NCBI GenBank assembly: GCA_964016885.1
Contig: OZ024764.1
Coordinates: 18,538,001 to 18,602,000 of the forward strand
Length of the DNA: 64,000 bases
Source of the DNA: Eledone cirrhosa
Taxonomy: Eukaryota
Reading direction: 5' to 3'
The notes below the pieces were generated by a model. That model saw only the letters and a list, made by a program, of their open reading frames with translations, had not been told where the DNA came from and ran no database searches. Shown here one piece after another: positions 26,201 to 39,879 of this stretch; position 1 is the stretch's first letter, and each line of letters starts with the position of its first letter. A program made the translations under genes and the position numbers.

Positions 26201-29200
26201 CAACAAAAAGTACCCAGTCCACACTGTAAAGTGGTCATGTAGGTGTCACAACAAAAAGTACCCAGTCCACACTGCAAAGTGGTCATGTAGGTGTTACAAC
26301 AAACAGAACCCAGTCCACACTGTAAAGTGGTCATGTAGGTGTCACGACAAAAAGTACCCAGTCCACACTGTAAAGTGGTCATGTAGGTGTCACGACAAAA
26401 AGTACCCAGTCCACACTGTAAAGTGGTCATGTAGGTGTCACAACAAACAGCACCCATTCCACACTGTAAAGTGGTCATGTAGGTGTCAAAACAAAAAGTA
26501 ACTAGTCCACACTGTAAAGTGGTCATGTAGGTGTCACAACAAAAAGTACCCAGTCCACACTGTAATGTGGTCATGTAGGTGTCACAAGAAAAAGTACTCA
26601 GTCCACACTGTAAAGTGGTCATGTAGGTGTCATAACAAAAAGTGCCCAGTCCACACTGTAAAGTGGTTATGTAGGTGTCATAACCAAAAGTACCCAGTCT
26701 ACACTGTAAAGTGGTCATGTAGGTGTCACAACGAAAAGTACCCAGTCCACACTGTCAAGTGGTCATGTAGGTGTCACAACAAAAAGTACCTAGTCCACAC
26801 TGTAAAGTGGTCATGTAGCTGTCACAACAAAAAGTACCCAGTCCACACTGTAATGTGGTCATGCAGGTTTCACAACAAAAAGTACCCAGTCCACACTGTA
26901 ATGTGGTCATATAGGTGTCACAACAAAAAGTACCCAGTCCACACTGTAAAGTGGTCATGTAGGTGTCACAACAAAAAGTACCCAGTCCACACTGTAAAGT
27001 GGACATGTAGGTGTCATGACAAAAAGTACCCAGTCCACATTGTAAAGTGGTCATGTAGGTGTCACAACAAAAAGTACCCAGTCCACACTGTAAAGTGGTC
27101 ATGTAGGTGTCACAACAAAATATACCCAGTCCACACTGTAAAGTAGTCATGTAGGTGTCACAACAAAAAGTACCCAGTCCACACTGTAAAGTGGTCATGT
27201 AGGTGTCACGACAAAAAGTACCCAGTCCACCCTGTAAAGTGGTCATATAGGTGTCACAACAAAAAGTACCCAGTCCACACTGTAAAGTTGTAAAGTGGTC
27301 ATGTAGGTGTCACAACAAAAAGTACCCAGTCCACACTGTAAAGTGGTCATGTAGCTGTCACAACAAAAAGTACCCAGTCCACACTGTAATGTGGTCATAT
27401 AGGTGTCACAACAAAAAGTACCCAGTCCACACTGTAAAGTGGTCATGTAGGTGTCACAACAAAAAGTACCCAGTCCACACTGTAAAGTGGACATGTAGGT
27501 GTCATGACAAAAAGTACCCAGTCCACACTGTAAAGTGGTCATGTAGGTGTCACGACAAAAAGTACCCAGTCCACACTGTAAAGTGGTCATGTAGGTGTCA
27601 CAACAAACAGCACCCAGTCCACACTGTAAAGTGGTCATGTAGGTGTCACAACAAAAAGTACCTAGTCCACACTGTAAAGTGGTCATGTAGGTGTCACAAC
27701 AAAAAGTACACAGTCCACACTGTAATGTGGTCATGTAGGTGTCACAAGAAAAAGTACTCAGTCCACACTGTAAAGTGGTCATGTAGGTGTCATAACAAAA
27801 AGTGCCCAGTCCACACTGTAAAGTGGTTATGTAGGTGTCATAACCAAAAGTACCCAGTCTACACTGTAAAGTGGTCATGTAGGTGTCACAACAAAAAGTA
27901 CCCAGTCCACACTGTCAAGTGGTCATGTAGGTGTCACAACAAAAAGTACCTAGTCCACACTGTAAAGTGGTCATGTAGATGTCACAACAAAAAGTACCCA
28001 GTCCACACTGTAATGTGGTCATGCAGGTTTCACAACAAAAAGTACCCAGTCCACACTGTAATGTGGTCATATAGGTGTCACAACAAAAAGTACCCAGTCC
28101 ACACTGTAAAGTGGTCATGTAGGTGTCACAACAAAAAGAACCCAGTCCACACTGTAAAGTGGACATGTAGGTGTCATGACAAAAAGTACCCAGTCCACAT
28201 TGTAAAGTGGTCATGTAGGTGTCACAACAAAAAGTACCCAGTCCACACTGTAAAGTGGTCATGTATGTGTCACAACAAAAAGTACCCAGTCCACACTGTA
28301 AAGTAGTCATGTAGGTGTCACAACAAAAAGTACCCAGTCCACACTGTAAAGTGGTCATGTAGGTGTCACAACAAAATATACCCAGTCCACACTGTAAAGT
28401 GGTCATGTAGGTGTCACAACAAAAAGTACCCAGTCCACACTGTAAAGTGGTCATGTAGGTGTCACAACAAAAAGTACCCAGTCCACCCTGTAAAGTGGTC
28501 ATATAGGTGTCACAACAAAAAGTACCCAGTCCACCCTGTAAAGTGGTCATGTATGTGTCACAACAAAAAGTACCCAGTCCACACTGTAAAGTGGTCATGT
28601 ATGTGTCACAACAAAAAGTACCCAGTCCACACTTTAAAGTGGTCATGTAGGTGTCACAACAAAAAGTACCCAGTCCACACTGTAATGTGGTCATGCAGGT
28701 TTCATACCAAAAAGTACCCAGTCCACACTGTAATGTGGTCATGTAGGTGTCACGACAAAAAGTACCCAGTCCACACTGTAAAGTGGTCATGTAGATGTCA
28801 CAACAAACAGCACCCAGTCCACACTGTAAAGTGGTCATGTAGGTGTCACAACAAAAAGTACCTAGTCCACACTGTAAAGTGGTCATGTAGGTGTCACAAC
28901 AAAAAGTACCCAGTCCACACTGTAATGTGGTCATGTAGGTGTCACAAGAAAAAGTACTCAGTCCACACTGTAAAGTGGTCATGTAGGTGTCATAACGAAA
29001 AGTACCCAGTCCACACTGTAAAGTGGTTATGTAGGTGTCATAACCAAAAGTACCCAGTCCACACTGTAAAGTGGTCATGTAGGTGTCACAACAAAAAGTA
29101 CCCAGTCCACACTGTCAAGTGGTCATGTAGGTCTCACAACAAAAAGTACCTAGTCCACACTGTAAAGTGGTCATGTAGCTGTCACAACAAAAAGTACCCA

Positions 29201-30299
29201 GTCCACACTGTAATGTGGTCATGCAGGTTTCACAACAAAAAGTACCCAGTCCACACTGTAATGTGGTCATATAGGTGTCACAACAAAAAGTACCCAGTCC
29301 ACACTGTAAAGTGGTCATGTAGGTGTCACAACAAAAAGTACCCAGTCCACACTGTAAAGTGGTCATGTAGGTGTCACAACAAAAAGTACCTAGTCCACAC
29401 TGTAAAGTGGTCATGTAGGTGTCACGACAAAAAGTACCCAGTCCACACTGTAAAGTGGTCATGTAGGTGTCACAACAAACAGCACCCAGTCCACACTGTA
29501 AAGAGGTCATGTAGGTGTCACAACAAAAAGTACCTAGTCCACACTGTAAAGTGGTCATGTAGGTGTCACAACAAAAAGTACCCAGTCCACACTGTAATGT
29601 GGTCATGTAGGTGTCACAAGAAAAAGTACTCAGTCCACACTGTAAAGTGGTCATGTAGGTGTCATAACAAAAAGTGCCCAGTCCACACTGTAAAGTGGTT
29701 ATGTAGGTGTCATAACCAAAAGTACCCAGTCTACACTGTAAAGTGGTCATGTAGGTGTCTCAACAAAAAGTACCCAGTCCACACTGTCAAGTGGTCATGT
29801 AGGTGTCACAACAAAAAGTACCCAGTCCACCCTGTAAAGTGGTCATGTAGGTGTCACAACAAAAAGTACCCAGTCCACCCTGTAAAGTGGTCATATAGGT
29901 GTCACAACAAAAAGTACCCAGTCGACCCTGTAAAGTGGTCATGTATGTGTCACAACAAAAAGTACCCAGTCCACACTGTAAAGTGGTCATGTATGTGTCA
30001 CAACAAAAAGTACCCAGTCCACACTGTAAAGTGGTCATGTATGTGTCACAACAAAAAGTACCCAGTCCACACTTTAAAGTGGTCATGTAGGTGTCACAAC
30101 AAAAAGTACCCAGTCCACACTGTAATGTGGTCATGCAGGTTTCACACCAAAAAGTACCCAGTCCACACTGTAATGTGGTCATATAGGTGTCACAACAAAA
30201 AGTACCCAGTCCACACTGTAAAGTGGTCATGTAGGTGTCACGACAAAAAGTACCCAGTCCACACTGTAGAGTGGTCATGTAGATGTCACAACAAACAGC

Positions 30300-33200
30300 A
30301 CCCAGTCCACACTGTAAAGTGGTCATGTAGGTGTCACAACAAAAAGTACCTAGTCCACACTGTAAAGTGGTCATGTAGGTGTCACAACAAAAAGTACCCA
30401 GTCCACACTGTAATGTGGTCATGTAGGTGTCACAAGAAAAAGTACTCAGTCCACACTGTAAAGTGGTCATGTAGGTGTCATAACTAAAAGTACCCAGTCC
30501 ACACTGTAAAGTGGTTATGTAGGTGTCATAACCAAAAGTACCCAGTCCACACTGTAAAGTGGTCATGTAGGTGTCACAACAAAAAGTACCCAGTCCACAC
30601 TGTCAAGTGGTCATGTAGGTCTCACAACAAAAAGTACCTAGTCCACACTGTAAAGTGGTCATGTAGCTGTCACAACAAAAAGTACCCAGTCCACACTGTA
30701 ATGTGGTCATGCAGGTTTCACAACAAAAAGTACCCAGTCCACACTGTAATGTGGTCATATAGGTGTCACAACAAAAAGTACCCAGTCCACACTGTAAAGT
30801 GGTCATGTAGGTGTCACAACAAAAAGTAACCAGTCCACACTGTAAAGTGGTCATGTAGGTGTCACAACAAAAAGTACCCAGTCCACACTGTAAAGTGGTC
30901 ATGTAGGTGTCACAACAAAAAGTACCTAGTCCACACTGTAAAGTGGTCATGTAGGTGTCACGACAAAAAGTACCCAGTCCACACTGTAAAGTGGTCATGT
31001 AGGTGTCACAACAAACAGCACCCAGTCCACACTGTAAAGTGGTCATGTAGGTGTCACAACAAAAAGTACCTAGTCCACACTGTAAAGTGGTCATGTAGGT
31101 GTCACAACAAAAAGTACCCAGTCCACACTGTAATGTGGTCATGTAGGTGTCACAAGAAAAAGTACTCAGTCCACACTGTAAAGTGGTCGTGTAGGTGTCA
31201 TAACAAAAAGTGCCCAGTCCACACTGTAAAGTGGTTATGTAGGTGTCATAACCAAAAGTACCCAGTCTACACTGTAAAGTGGTCATGTAGGTGTCTCAAC
31301 AAAAAGTACCCAGTCCACACTGTCAAGTGGTCATGTAGGTGTCACAACAAAAAGTACCCAGTCCACCCTGTAAAGTGGTCATGTATGTGTCACAACAAAA
31401 AGTACCCAGTCCACCCTGTAAAGTGGTCATATAGGTGTCACAACAAAAAGTACCCAGTCCACCCTGTAAAGTGGTCATGTATGTGTCACAACAAAAAGTA
31501 CCCAGTCCACACTGTAAAGTGGTCATGTATGTGTCACAACAAAATGTACCCAGTCCACACTTTAAAGTGTTCATGTACGTGTCACAACAAAAAGTACCCA
31601 GTCCACACTGTAATGTGGTCATGCAGGTTTCACACCAAAAATTACCCAGTCCACACTGTAATGTGGTCATATAGGTGTCACAACAAAAAGTACCCAGTTC
31701 ACACTGTAAAGTGGTCATGTAGGTGTCACAACAAAAAGTAACCTGTCCACAATGTAAAGTGGTCATGTAGGTGTCACAACAAAAAGTACCCAGTCCACAC
31801 TGTAAAGTGGTCATGTAGGTGTCACGACAAAAAGTACCCAGTCCACACTGTAAAGTGGTCATGTAGATGTCACAACAAACAGCACCCAGTCCACACTGTA
31901 AAGTGGTCATGTAGGTGTCACAACAAAAAGTACCTAGTCCACACTGTAAAGTGGTCATGTAGGTGTCACAACAAAAAGTACCCAGTCCACACTGTAAAGT
32001 GGACATGTAGGTGTCATGACAAAAAGTACCCAGTCCACATTGTAAAGTGGTCATGTAGGTGTCACAACAAAAAGTACCCAGTCCACACTGTAAAGTGGTC
32101 ATGTAGGTGTCACAACAAAATATACCCAGTCCACACTGTAAAGTGGTCATGTAGGTGTCACAACAAAAAGTACCCAGTCCACACTGTAAAGTGGTCATGT
32201 AGGTGTCACGACAAAAAGTACCCAGTCCACCCTGTAAAGTGGTCATATAGGTGTCACAACAAAAAGTACCCAGTCCACACTGTAAAGTTGTAAAGTGGTC
32301 ATGTAGGTGTCACAACAAAAAGTACCCAGTCCACACTGTAATGTGGTCATGCAGGTTTCACACCAAAAAGTACCCAGTCCACACTGTAATGTGGTCATAT
32401 AGGTGTCACAACAAAAAGTACCCAGTCCACACTGTAAAGTGGTCATGTAGGTGTCACAACAAAAAGTACCCAGTCCACACTGTAAAGTGGACATGTAGGT
32501 GTCATGACAAAAAGTACCCAGTCCACACTGTAAAGTGGTCATGTAGGTGTCACGACAAAAAGTACCCAGTCCACACTGTAAAGTGGTCATGTAGGTGTCA
32601 CAACAAACAGCACCCAGTCCACACTGTAAAGTGGTCATGTAGGTGTCACAACAAAAAGTACCTAGTCCACACTGTAAAGTGGTCATGTAGGTGTCACAAC
32701 AAAAAGTACCCAGTCCACACTGTAATGTGGTCATGTAGGTGTCACAAGAAAAAGTACTCAGTCCACACTGTAAAGTGGTCATGTAGGTGTCATAACAAAA
32801 AGTGCCCAGTCCACACTGTAAAGTGGTTATGTAGGTGTCATAACCAAAAGTACCCAGTCTACACTGTAAAGTGGTCATGTAGGTGTCACAACAAAAAGTA
32901 CCCAGTCCACACTGTCAAGTGGTCATGTAGGTGTCACAACAAAAAGTACCTAGTCCACACTGTAAAGTGGTCATGTAGATGTCACAACAAATGTACCCAG
33001 TCCACACTGTAATGTGGTCATGCAGGTTTCACAACAAAAAGTACCCAGTCCACACTGTAATGTGGTCATATAGGTGTCACAACAAAAAGTACCCAGTCCA
33101 CACTGTAAAGTGGTCATGTAGGTGTCACAACAAAAAGAACCCAGTCCACACTGTAAAGTGGACATGTAGGTGTCATGACAAAAAGTACCCAGTCCACATT

Positions 33201-36200
33201 GTAAAGTGGTCATGTAGGTGTCACAACAAAAAGTACCCAGTCCACACTGTAAAGTGGTCATGTATGTGTCACAACAAAAAGTACCCAGTCCACACTGTAA
33301 AGTAGTCATGTAGGTGTCACAACAAAAAGTACCCAGTCCACACTGTAAAGTGGTCATGTAGGTGTCACAACAAAATATACCCAGTCCACACTGTAAAGTG
33401 GTCATGTAGGTGTCACAACAAAAAGTACCCAGTCCACACTGTAAAGTGGTCATGTAGGTGTCACAACAAAAAGTACCCAGTCCACCCTGTAAAGTGGTCA
33501 TATAGGTGTCACAACAAAAAGTACCCAGTCCACCCTGTAAAGTGGTCATGTATGTGTCACAACAAAAAGTAACCAGTCCACACTGTAAAGTGGTCATGTA
33601 GGTGTCACAACAAAAAGTACCCAGTCCACACTGTAAAGTGGTCATGTAGGTGTCACGACAAAAAGTACCCAGTCCACACTGTAAAGTGGTCATGTAGGTG
33701 TCACAACAAAAAGTACCCAGTCCACACTGTAATGTGGTCATGCAGGTTTCATACCAAAAAGTACCCAGTCCACACTGTAATGTGGTCATATAGGTGTCAC
33801 AACAAAAAGTACCCAGTCCACACTGTAAAGTGGTCATGTAGGTGTCACAAAAAAAAGTAACCAGTCCACACTGTAAAGTGGTCATGTAGGTGTCACAACA
33901 AAAAGTACCCAGTCCACACTGTAAAGTGGTCATGTAGGTGTCACGACAAAAAGTACCCAGTCCACACTGTAAAGTGGTCATGTAGATGTCACAACAAACA
34001 GCACCCAGTCCACACTGTAAAGTGTTCATGTAGGTGTCACAACAAAAAGTACCTAGTCCACACTGTAAAGTGGTCATGTAGGTGTCACAACAAAAAGTAC
34101 CCAGTCCACACTGTAATGTGGTCATGTAGGTGTCACAAGAAAAAGTACTCAGTCCACACTGTAAAGTGGTCATGTAGGTGTCATAACGAAAAGTACCCAG
34201 TCCACACTGTAAAGTGGTTATGTAGGTGTCATAACCAAAAGTACCCAGTCCACACTGTAAAGTGGTCATGTAGGTGTCACAACAAAAAGTACCGAGTCCA
34301 CACTGTCAAGTGGTCATGTAGGTCTCACAACAAAAAGTACCTAGTCCACACTGTAAAGTGGTCATGTAGCTGTCACAACAAAAAGTACCCAGTCCACACT
34401 GTAATGTGGTCATGCAGGTTTCACAACAAAAAGTACCCAGTCCACACTGTAATGTGGTCATATAGGTGTCACAACAAAAAGTACCCAGTCCACACTGTAA
34501 AGTGGTCATGTAGGTGTCACAACAAAAAGTAACCAGTCCACACTGTAAAGTGGTCATGTAGGTGTCACAACAAAAAGTACCCAGTCCACACTGTAAAGTG
34601 GTCATGTATGTGTCACAACAAAAAGTACCCAGTCCACACTTTAAAGTGGTCATGTAGGTGTCACAACAAAAAATACCCAGTCCACACTGTAATGTGGTCA
34701 TGCAGGTTTCATACCAAAAAGTACCCAGTCCACACTGTAATGTGGTCATATAGGTGTCACAACAAAAAGTACCCAGTCCACACTGTAAAGTGGTCATGTA
34801 GGTGTCACAAAAAAAAGTAACCAGTCCACACTGTAAAGTGGTCATGTCGGTGTCACAACAAAAAGTACCCAGTCCACACTGTAAAGTGGTCATGTAGGTG
34901 TCACGACAAAAAGTACCCAGTCCACACTGTAAAGTGGTCATGTAGATGTCACAACAAACAGCACCCAGTCCACACTGTAAAGTGGTCATGTAGGTGTCAC
35001 AACAAACAGCACCCAGTCCACACTGTAAAGTGGTCATGTAGGTGTCACAACAAAAAGTACCTAGTCCACACTGTAAAGTGGTCATGTAGGTGTCACAACA
35101 AAAAGTACCCAGTCCACACTGTAATGTGGTCATGTAGGTGTCACAAGAAAAAGTACTCAGTCCACACTGTAAAGTGGTCATGTAGGTGTCATAACTAAAA
35201 GTACCCAGTCCACACTGTAAAGTGGTTATGTAGGTGTCATAACCAAAAGTACCCAGTCCACACTGTAAAGTGGTCATGTAGGTGTCACAACAAAAAGTAC
35301 CCAGTCCACACTGTCAAGTGGTCATGTAGGTCTCACAACAAAAAGTACCTAGTCCACACTGTAAAGTGGTCATGTAGCTGTCACAACAAAAAGTACCCAG
35401 TCCACACTGTAATGTGGTCATGCAGGTTTCACAACAAAAAGTACCCAGTCCACACTGTAATGTGGTCATATAGGTGTCACAACAAAAAGTACCCAGTCCA
35501 CACTGTAAAGTGGTCATGTAGGTGTCACAACAAAAAGTAACCAGTCCACACTGTAAAGTGGTCATGTAGGTGTCACAACAAAAAGTACCCAGTCCACACT
35601 GTAAAGTGGTCATGTAGGTGTCACAACAAAAAGTACCTAGTCCACACTGTAAAGTGGTCATGTAGGTGTCACGACAAAAAGTACCCAGTCCACACTGTAA
35701 AGTGGTCATGTAGGTGTCACAACAAAAAGTACCTAGTCCACACTGTAAAGTGGTCATGTAGGTGTCACAACAAAAAGTACCCAGTCCACACTGTAATGTG
35801 GTCATGTAGGTGTCACAAGAAAAAGTACTCAGTCCACACTGTAAAGTGGTCGTGTAGGTGTCATAACAAAAAGTGCCCAGTCCACACTGTAAAGTGGTTA
35901 TGTAGGTGTCATAACCAAAAGTACCCAGTCTACACTGTAAAGTGGTCATGTAGGTGTCTCAACAAAAAGTACCCAGTCCACACTGTCAAGTGGTCATGTA
36001 GGTGTCACAACAAAAAGTACCCAGTCCACCCTGTAAAGTGGTCATGTATGTGTCACAACAAAAAGTACCCAGTCCACCCTGTAAAGTGGTCATATAGGTG
36101 TCACAACAAAAAGTACCCAGTCCACCCTGTAAAGTGGTCATGTATGTGTCACAACAAAAAGTACCCAATCCACACTGTAAAGTGGTCATGTATGTGTCAC

Positions 36201-39200
36201 AACAAAATGTACCCAGTCCACACTTTAAAGTGTTCATGTACGTGTCACAACAAAAAGTACCCAGTCCACACTGTAATGTGGTCATGCAGGTTTCACACCA
36301 AAAATTACCCAGTCCACACTGTAATGTGGTCATATAGGTGTCACAACAAAAAGTACCCAGTTCACACTGTAAAGTGGTCATGTAGGTGTCACAACAAAAA
36401 GTAACCTGTCCACAATGTAAAGTGGTCATGTAGGTGTCACAACAAAAAGTAACCAGTCCACACTGTAAAGTGGTCATGTAGGTGTCACGACAAAAAGTAC
36501 CCAGTCCACACTGTAAAGTGGTCATGTAGATGTCACAACAAACAGCACCCAGTCCACACTGTAAAGTGGTCATGTAGGTGTCACAACAAAAAGTACCTAG
36601 TCCACACTGTAAAGTGGTCATGTAGGTGTCACAACAAAAAGTACCCAGTCCACACTGTAAAGTGGCCATGTAGGTGTCATGACAAAAAGTACCCAGTCCA
36701 CATTGTAAAGTGGTCATGTAGGTGTCACAACAAAAAGTACCCAGTCCACACTGTAAAGTGGTCATGTAGGTGTCACAACAAAATATACCCAGTCCACACT
36801 GTAAAGTGGTCATGTAGGTGTCACAACAAAAAGTACCCAGTCCACACTGTAAAGTGGTCATGTAGGTGTCACGACAAAAAGTACCCAGTCCACCCTGTAA
36901 AGTGGTCATATAGGTGTCACAACAAAAAGTACCCAGTCCACACTGTAAAGTTGTAAAGTGGTCATGTAGGTGTCACAACAAAAAGTACCCAGTCCACACT
37001 GTAATGTGGTCATGCAGGTTTCACACCAAAAAGTACCCAGTCCACACTGTAATGTGGTCATATAGGTGTCACAACAAAAAGTACCCAGTCCACACTGTAA
37101 AGTGGTCATGTAGGTGTCACAACAAAAAGTACCCAGTCCACACTGTAAAGTGGACATGTAGGTGTCATGACAAAAAGTACCCAGTCCACACTGTAAAGTG
37201 GTCATGTAGGTGTCACGACAAAAAGTACCCAGTCCACACTGTAAAGTGGTCATGTAGGTGTCACAACAAACAGCACCCAGTCCACACTGTAAAGTGGTCA
37301 TGTAGGTGTCACAACAAAAAGTACCTAGTCCACACTGTAAAGTGGTCATGTAGGTGTCACAACAAAAAGTACCCAGTCCACACTGTAATGTGGTCATGTA
37401 GGTGTCACAAGAAAAAGTACTCAGTCCACACTGTAAAGTGGTCATGTAGGTGTCATAACAAAAAGTGCCCAGTCCACACTGTAAAGTGGTTATGTAGGTG
37501 TCATAACCAAAAGTACCCAGTCTACACTGTAAAGTGGTCATGTAGGTGTCACAACAAAAAGTACCCAGTCCACACTGTCAAGTGGTCATGTAGGTGTCAC
37601 AACAAAAAGTACCTAGTCCACACTGTAAAGTGGTCATGTAGATGTCACAACAAATGTACCCAGTCCACACTGTAATGTGGTCATGCAGGTTTCACAACAA
37701 AAAGTACCCAGTCCACACTGTAATGTGGTCATATAGGTGTCACAACAAAAAGTACCCAGTCCACACTGTAAAGTGGTCATGTAGGTGTCACAACAAAAAG
37801 AACCCAGTCCACACTGTAAAGTGGACATGTAGGTGTCATGACAAAAAGTACCCAGTCCACATTGTAAAGTGGTCATGTAGGTGTCACAACAAAAAGTACC
37901 CAGTCCACACTGTAAAGTGGTCATGTATGTGTCACAACAAAAAGTACCCAGTCCACACTGTAAAGTAGTCATGTAGGTGTCACAACAAAAAGTACCCAGT
38001 CCACACTGTAAAGTGGTCATGTAGGTGTCACAACAAAATATACCCAGTCCACACTGTAAAGTGGTCATGTAGGTGTCACAACAAAAAGTACCCAGTCCAC
38101 ACTGTAAAGTGGTCATGTAGGTGTCACAACAAAAAGTACCCAGTCCACCCTGTAAAGTGGTCATATAGGTGTCACAACAAAAAGTACCCAGTCCACCCTG
38201 TAAAGTGGTCATGTATGTGTCACAACAAAAAGTAACCAGTCCACACTGTAAAGTGGTCATGTAGGTGTCACAACAAAAAGTACCCAGTCCACACTGTAAA
38301 GTGGTCATGTAGGTGTCACAACAAAAAGTACCCAGTCCACACTGTAATGTGGTCATGCAGGTTTCATACCAAAAAGTACCCAGTCCACACTGTAATGTGG
38401 TCATATAGGTGTCACAACAAAAAGTACCCAGTCCACACTGTAAAGTGGTCATGTAGGTTTCACAAAAAAAAGTAACCAGTCCACACTGTAAAGTGGTCAT
38501 GTAGGTGTCACAACAAAAAGTACCCAGTCCACACTGTAAAGTGGTCATGTAGGTGTCACGACAAAAAGTACCCAGTCCACACTGTAAAGTGGTCATGTAG
38601 ATGTCACAACAAACAGCACCCAGTCCACACTGTAAAGTGTTCATGTAGGTGTCACAACAAAAAGTACCTAGTCCACACTGTAAAGTGGTCATGTAGGTGT
38701 CACAACAAAAAGTACCCAGTCCACACTGTAATGTGGTCATGTAGGTGTCACAAGAAAAAGTACTCAGTCCACACTGTAAAGTGGTCATGTAGGTGTCATA
38801 ACGAAAAGTACCCAGTCCACACTGTAAAGTGGTTATGTAGGTGTCATAACCAAAAGTACCCAGTCCACACTGTAAAGTGGTCATGTAGGTGTCACAACAA
38901 AAAGTACCGAGTCCACACTGTCAAGTGGTCATGTAGGTCTCACAACAAAAAGTACCTAGTCCACACTGTAAAGTGGTCATGTAGCTGTCACAACAAAAAG
39001 TACCCAGTCCACACTGTAATGTGGTCATGCAGGTTTCACAACAAAAAGTACCCAGTCCACACTGTAATGTGGTCATATAGGTGTCACAACAAAAAGTACC
39101 CAGTCCACACTGTAAAGTGGTCATGTAGGTGTCACAACAAAAAGTAACCAGTCCACACTGTAAAGTGGTCATGTAGGTGTCACAACAAAAAGTACCCAGT

Positions 39201-39700
39201 CCACACTGTAATGTGGTCATGTATGTGTCACAACAAAAAGTACCCAGTCCACACTTTAAAGTGGTCATGTAGGTGTCACAACAAAAAATACCCAGTCCAC
39301 ACTGTAATGTGGTCATGCAGGTTTCATACCAAAAAGTACCCAGTCCACACTGTAATGTGGTCATATAGGTGTCACAACAAAAAGTACCCAGTCCACACTG
39401 TAAAGTGGTCATGTAGGTGTCACAAAAAAAAGTAACCAGTCCACACTGTAAAGTGGTCATGTCGGTGTCACAACAAAAAGTACCCAGTCCACACTGTAAA
39501 GTGGTCATGTAGGTGTCACGACAAAAAGTACCCAGTCCACACTGTAAAGTGGTCATGTAGATGTCACAACAAACAGCACCCAGTCCACACTGTAAAGTGG
39601 TCATGTAGGTGTCACAACAAAAAGTACCTAGTCCACACTGTAAAGTGGTCATGTAGGTGTCACAACAAAAAGTACCCAGTCCACACTGTAATGTGGTCAT
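30300..39700. repeat. Tandem duplication of a ~97-monomer block, offset about 4,663 bp (plus or minus one monomer)
   Basis: ORF pairs 31133/35796, 31323/35986, 32243/36906 and 32971/37634 differ by 4663; 30603/35314 by 4711; 34306/38921 by 4615. Shared private variants: -1 ACAAATGTAC, TACCGAGT, ATGTCGGT, AAAAATACC. Confidence 0.85.
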
Positions 39701-39879
39701 GTAGGTGTCACAAGAAAAAGTACTCAGTCCACACTGTAAAGTGGTCATGTAGGTGTCATAACGAAAAGTACCCAGTCCACACTGTAAAGTGGTTATGTAG
39801 GTGTCATAACCAAAAGTACCCAGTCCACACTGTAAAGTGGTCATGTAGGTGTCACAACAAAAAGTACCCAGTCCACACT

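Noticed and set aside
25123-26718. Long - strand ORFs of MTTLQCGLGTFCCDTY repeats, resembling Cys-rich or keratin-associated proteins
   Set aside because: Same artefact. The frame is ended about every 1.2 kb by the TGTCAAG variant (TGA on the minus strand), which has been amplified freely.
28553-30487. Long + strand ORFs (644 aa here; also 5-1591, 17864-19318) of Cys/His/Lys-rich WSCRCHNKKYPVHTVK repeats, superficially zinc-binding
   Set aside because: This frame is open simply because the 48-mer has no stop in it. Variants are largely non-synonymous, stops (TAA, TAG, TGA) and frameshifts are copied in many units, and there is no unique N- or C-terminus.
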